This document shows, one piece after another, positions 63,328-64,000 of a stretch of 64,000 nucleotides of DNA. The stretch is taken from NCBI RefSeq assembly GCF_009834535.1, contig NC_045697.1, positions 20,710,001 to 20,774,000 of the forward strand. Reading direction: 5' to 3'. Under the pieces are notes generated by a model. The model searched no databases, had not been told where the DNA came from, and saw only the letters and a list, made by a program, of their open reading frames with translations. Within the stretch, counting starts at the first letter, position 1, and every line of letters starts with the position of its first letter. Source of the stretch: Camelus ferus. Lineage: Eukaryota. A program made the position numbers and the translations under genes.

Positions 63328-63745
63328 TATCTATTCATCAAATATCTAATGAGAACCCATAATGTGCCAGAGGAAAGAGTAGTAAATATAATCTGCATGG
63401 TCTCTGAATTCATGGAACTTATCTTTTTGGGAAAGAGTGACCCTCCCAGAGAGACAAATAAGTAAAAACTAAATAAATAAGATAGTTTCTGAGATTGGTA
63501 AGTATAATTAGGGGAGAGAGCACTGGATCAGAAATGAGTTGGGGGCTATTTTCAATTGCATGATGAAAGCAATTATTTTTGAGATATTTAAGTAAAGCAT
63601 GAATAATAAACACAAGCATAGAATTTGGGAATAATGGTAGAGATAATTAAAAAAAGTCCTAAGGTGGGAAGTGGCTGGTCATTGTGGAGGAACAGCAATC
63701 CAGTCGGTGTGGCTACTGTAGAATGAAAGTTTCAGGGACAGTGGT
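63328..63745 (-). mobile_element. L2 3' portion
   Basis: tattcatcaaatatctaatgagaacccataatgtgccag...tggaggaacagcaatccagtcggtgtggct. Confidence 0.7.
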
Positions 63746-64000
63746 TCACCAAATGAGCATTTTCCCTTCATTTTGTCTCTAAGTTCTAGTCAAAGTGGCT
63801 GACCTTATTGTACAAAAGGCTAAAAACTTATTGCAATTCTAACCACTGAGAAACAGAAAAGTCCCTGACTTCTGGGTGCTGGCTTGGAACTGCCAGCTAG
63901 ACCATGGTGTTGTGATGAGCTGGCCTGACACTCAGTTAGGTATTGGTGCCCACTTGTTGAACACAATTTTACACACAATTTTACACAAGATCAACAACAA

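Overview
AT-rich, repeat-dense mammalian genomic DNA. The L1 3' ends, Tigger2a-like MITE and MER41/MER34-like LTRs point to a cetartiodactyl, most likely a camelid (inferred from recalled repeat consensuses, not from a search). I find no intact protein-coding gene, RNA gene or full CpG island, so the window looks like a gene desert or a very large intron. The only ORF-track entries I can assign to a protein family are decayed L1 fragments. Much of the window is L1, L2, MIR, MaLR/ERVL, ERV1 and ERV2 solo LTRs and DNA transposon fossils, often nested. The most notable items are: a GC-rich, mRNA-like insert of unidentified parent fused to an L1 3' tail (7.5-8.4 kb); an EEF1A1 3'UTR-only retrocopy inside an L2 (24.0-24.3 kb); a young solo LTR with a perfect 6-bp TSD (38.3-39.1 kb); a Kanga/Tc2 transposon with a transposase remnant split by an LTR; a small promoter-like CpG patch (26.3 kb); and a multi-arm palindrome (3.35 kb). 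I see no convincing evidence of a wholly new biological system. Repeat subfamily names are from memory and boundaries of old repeats are approximate.
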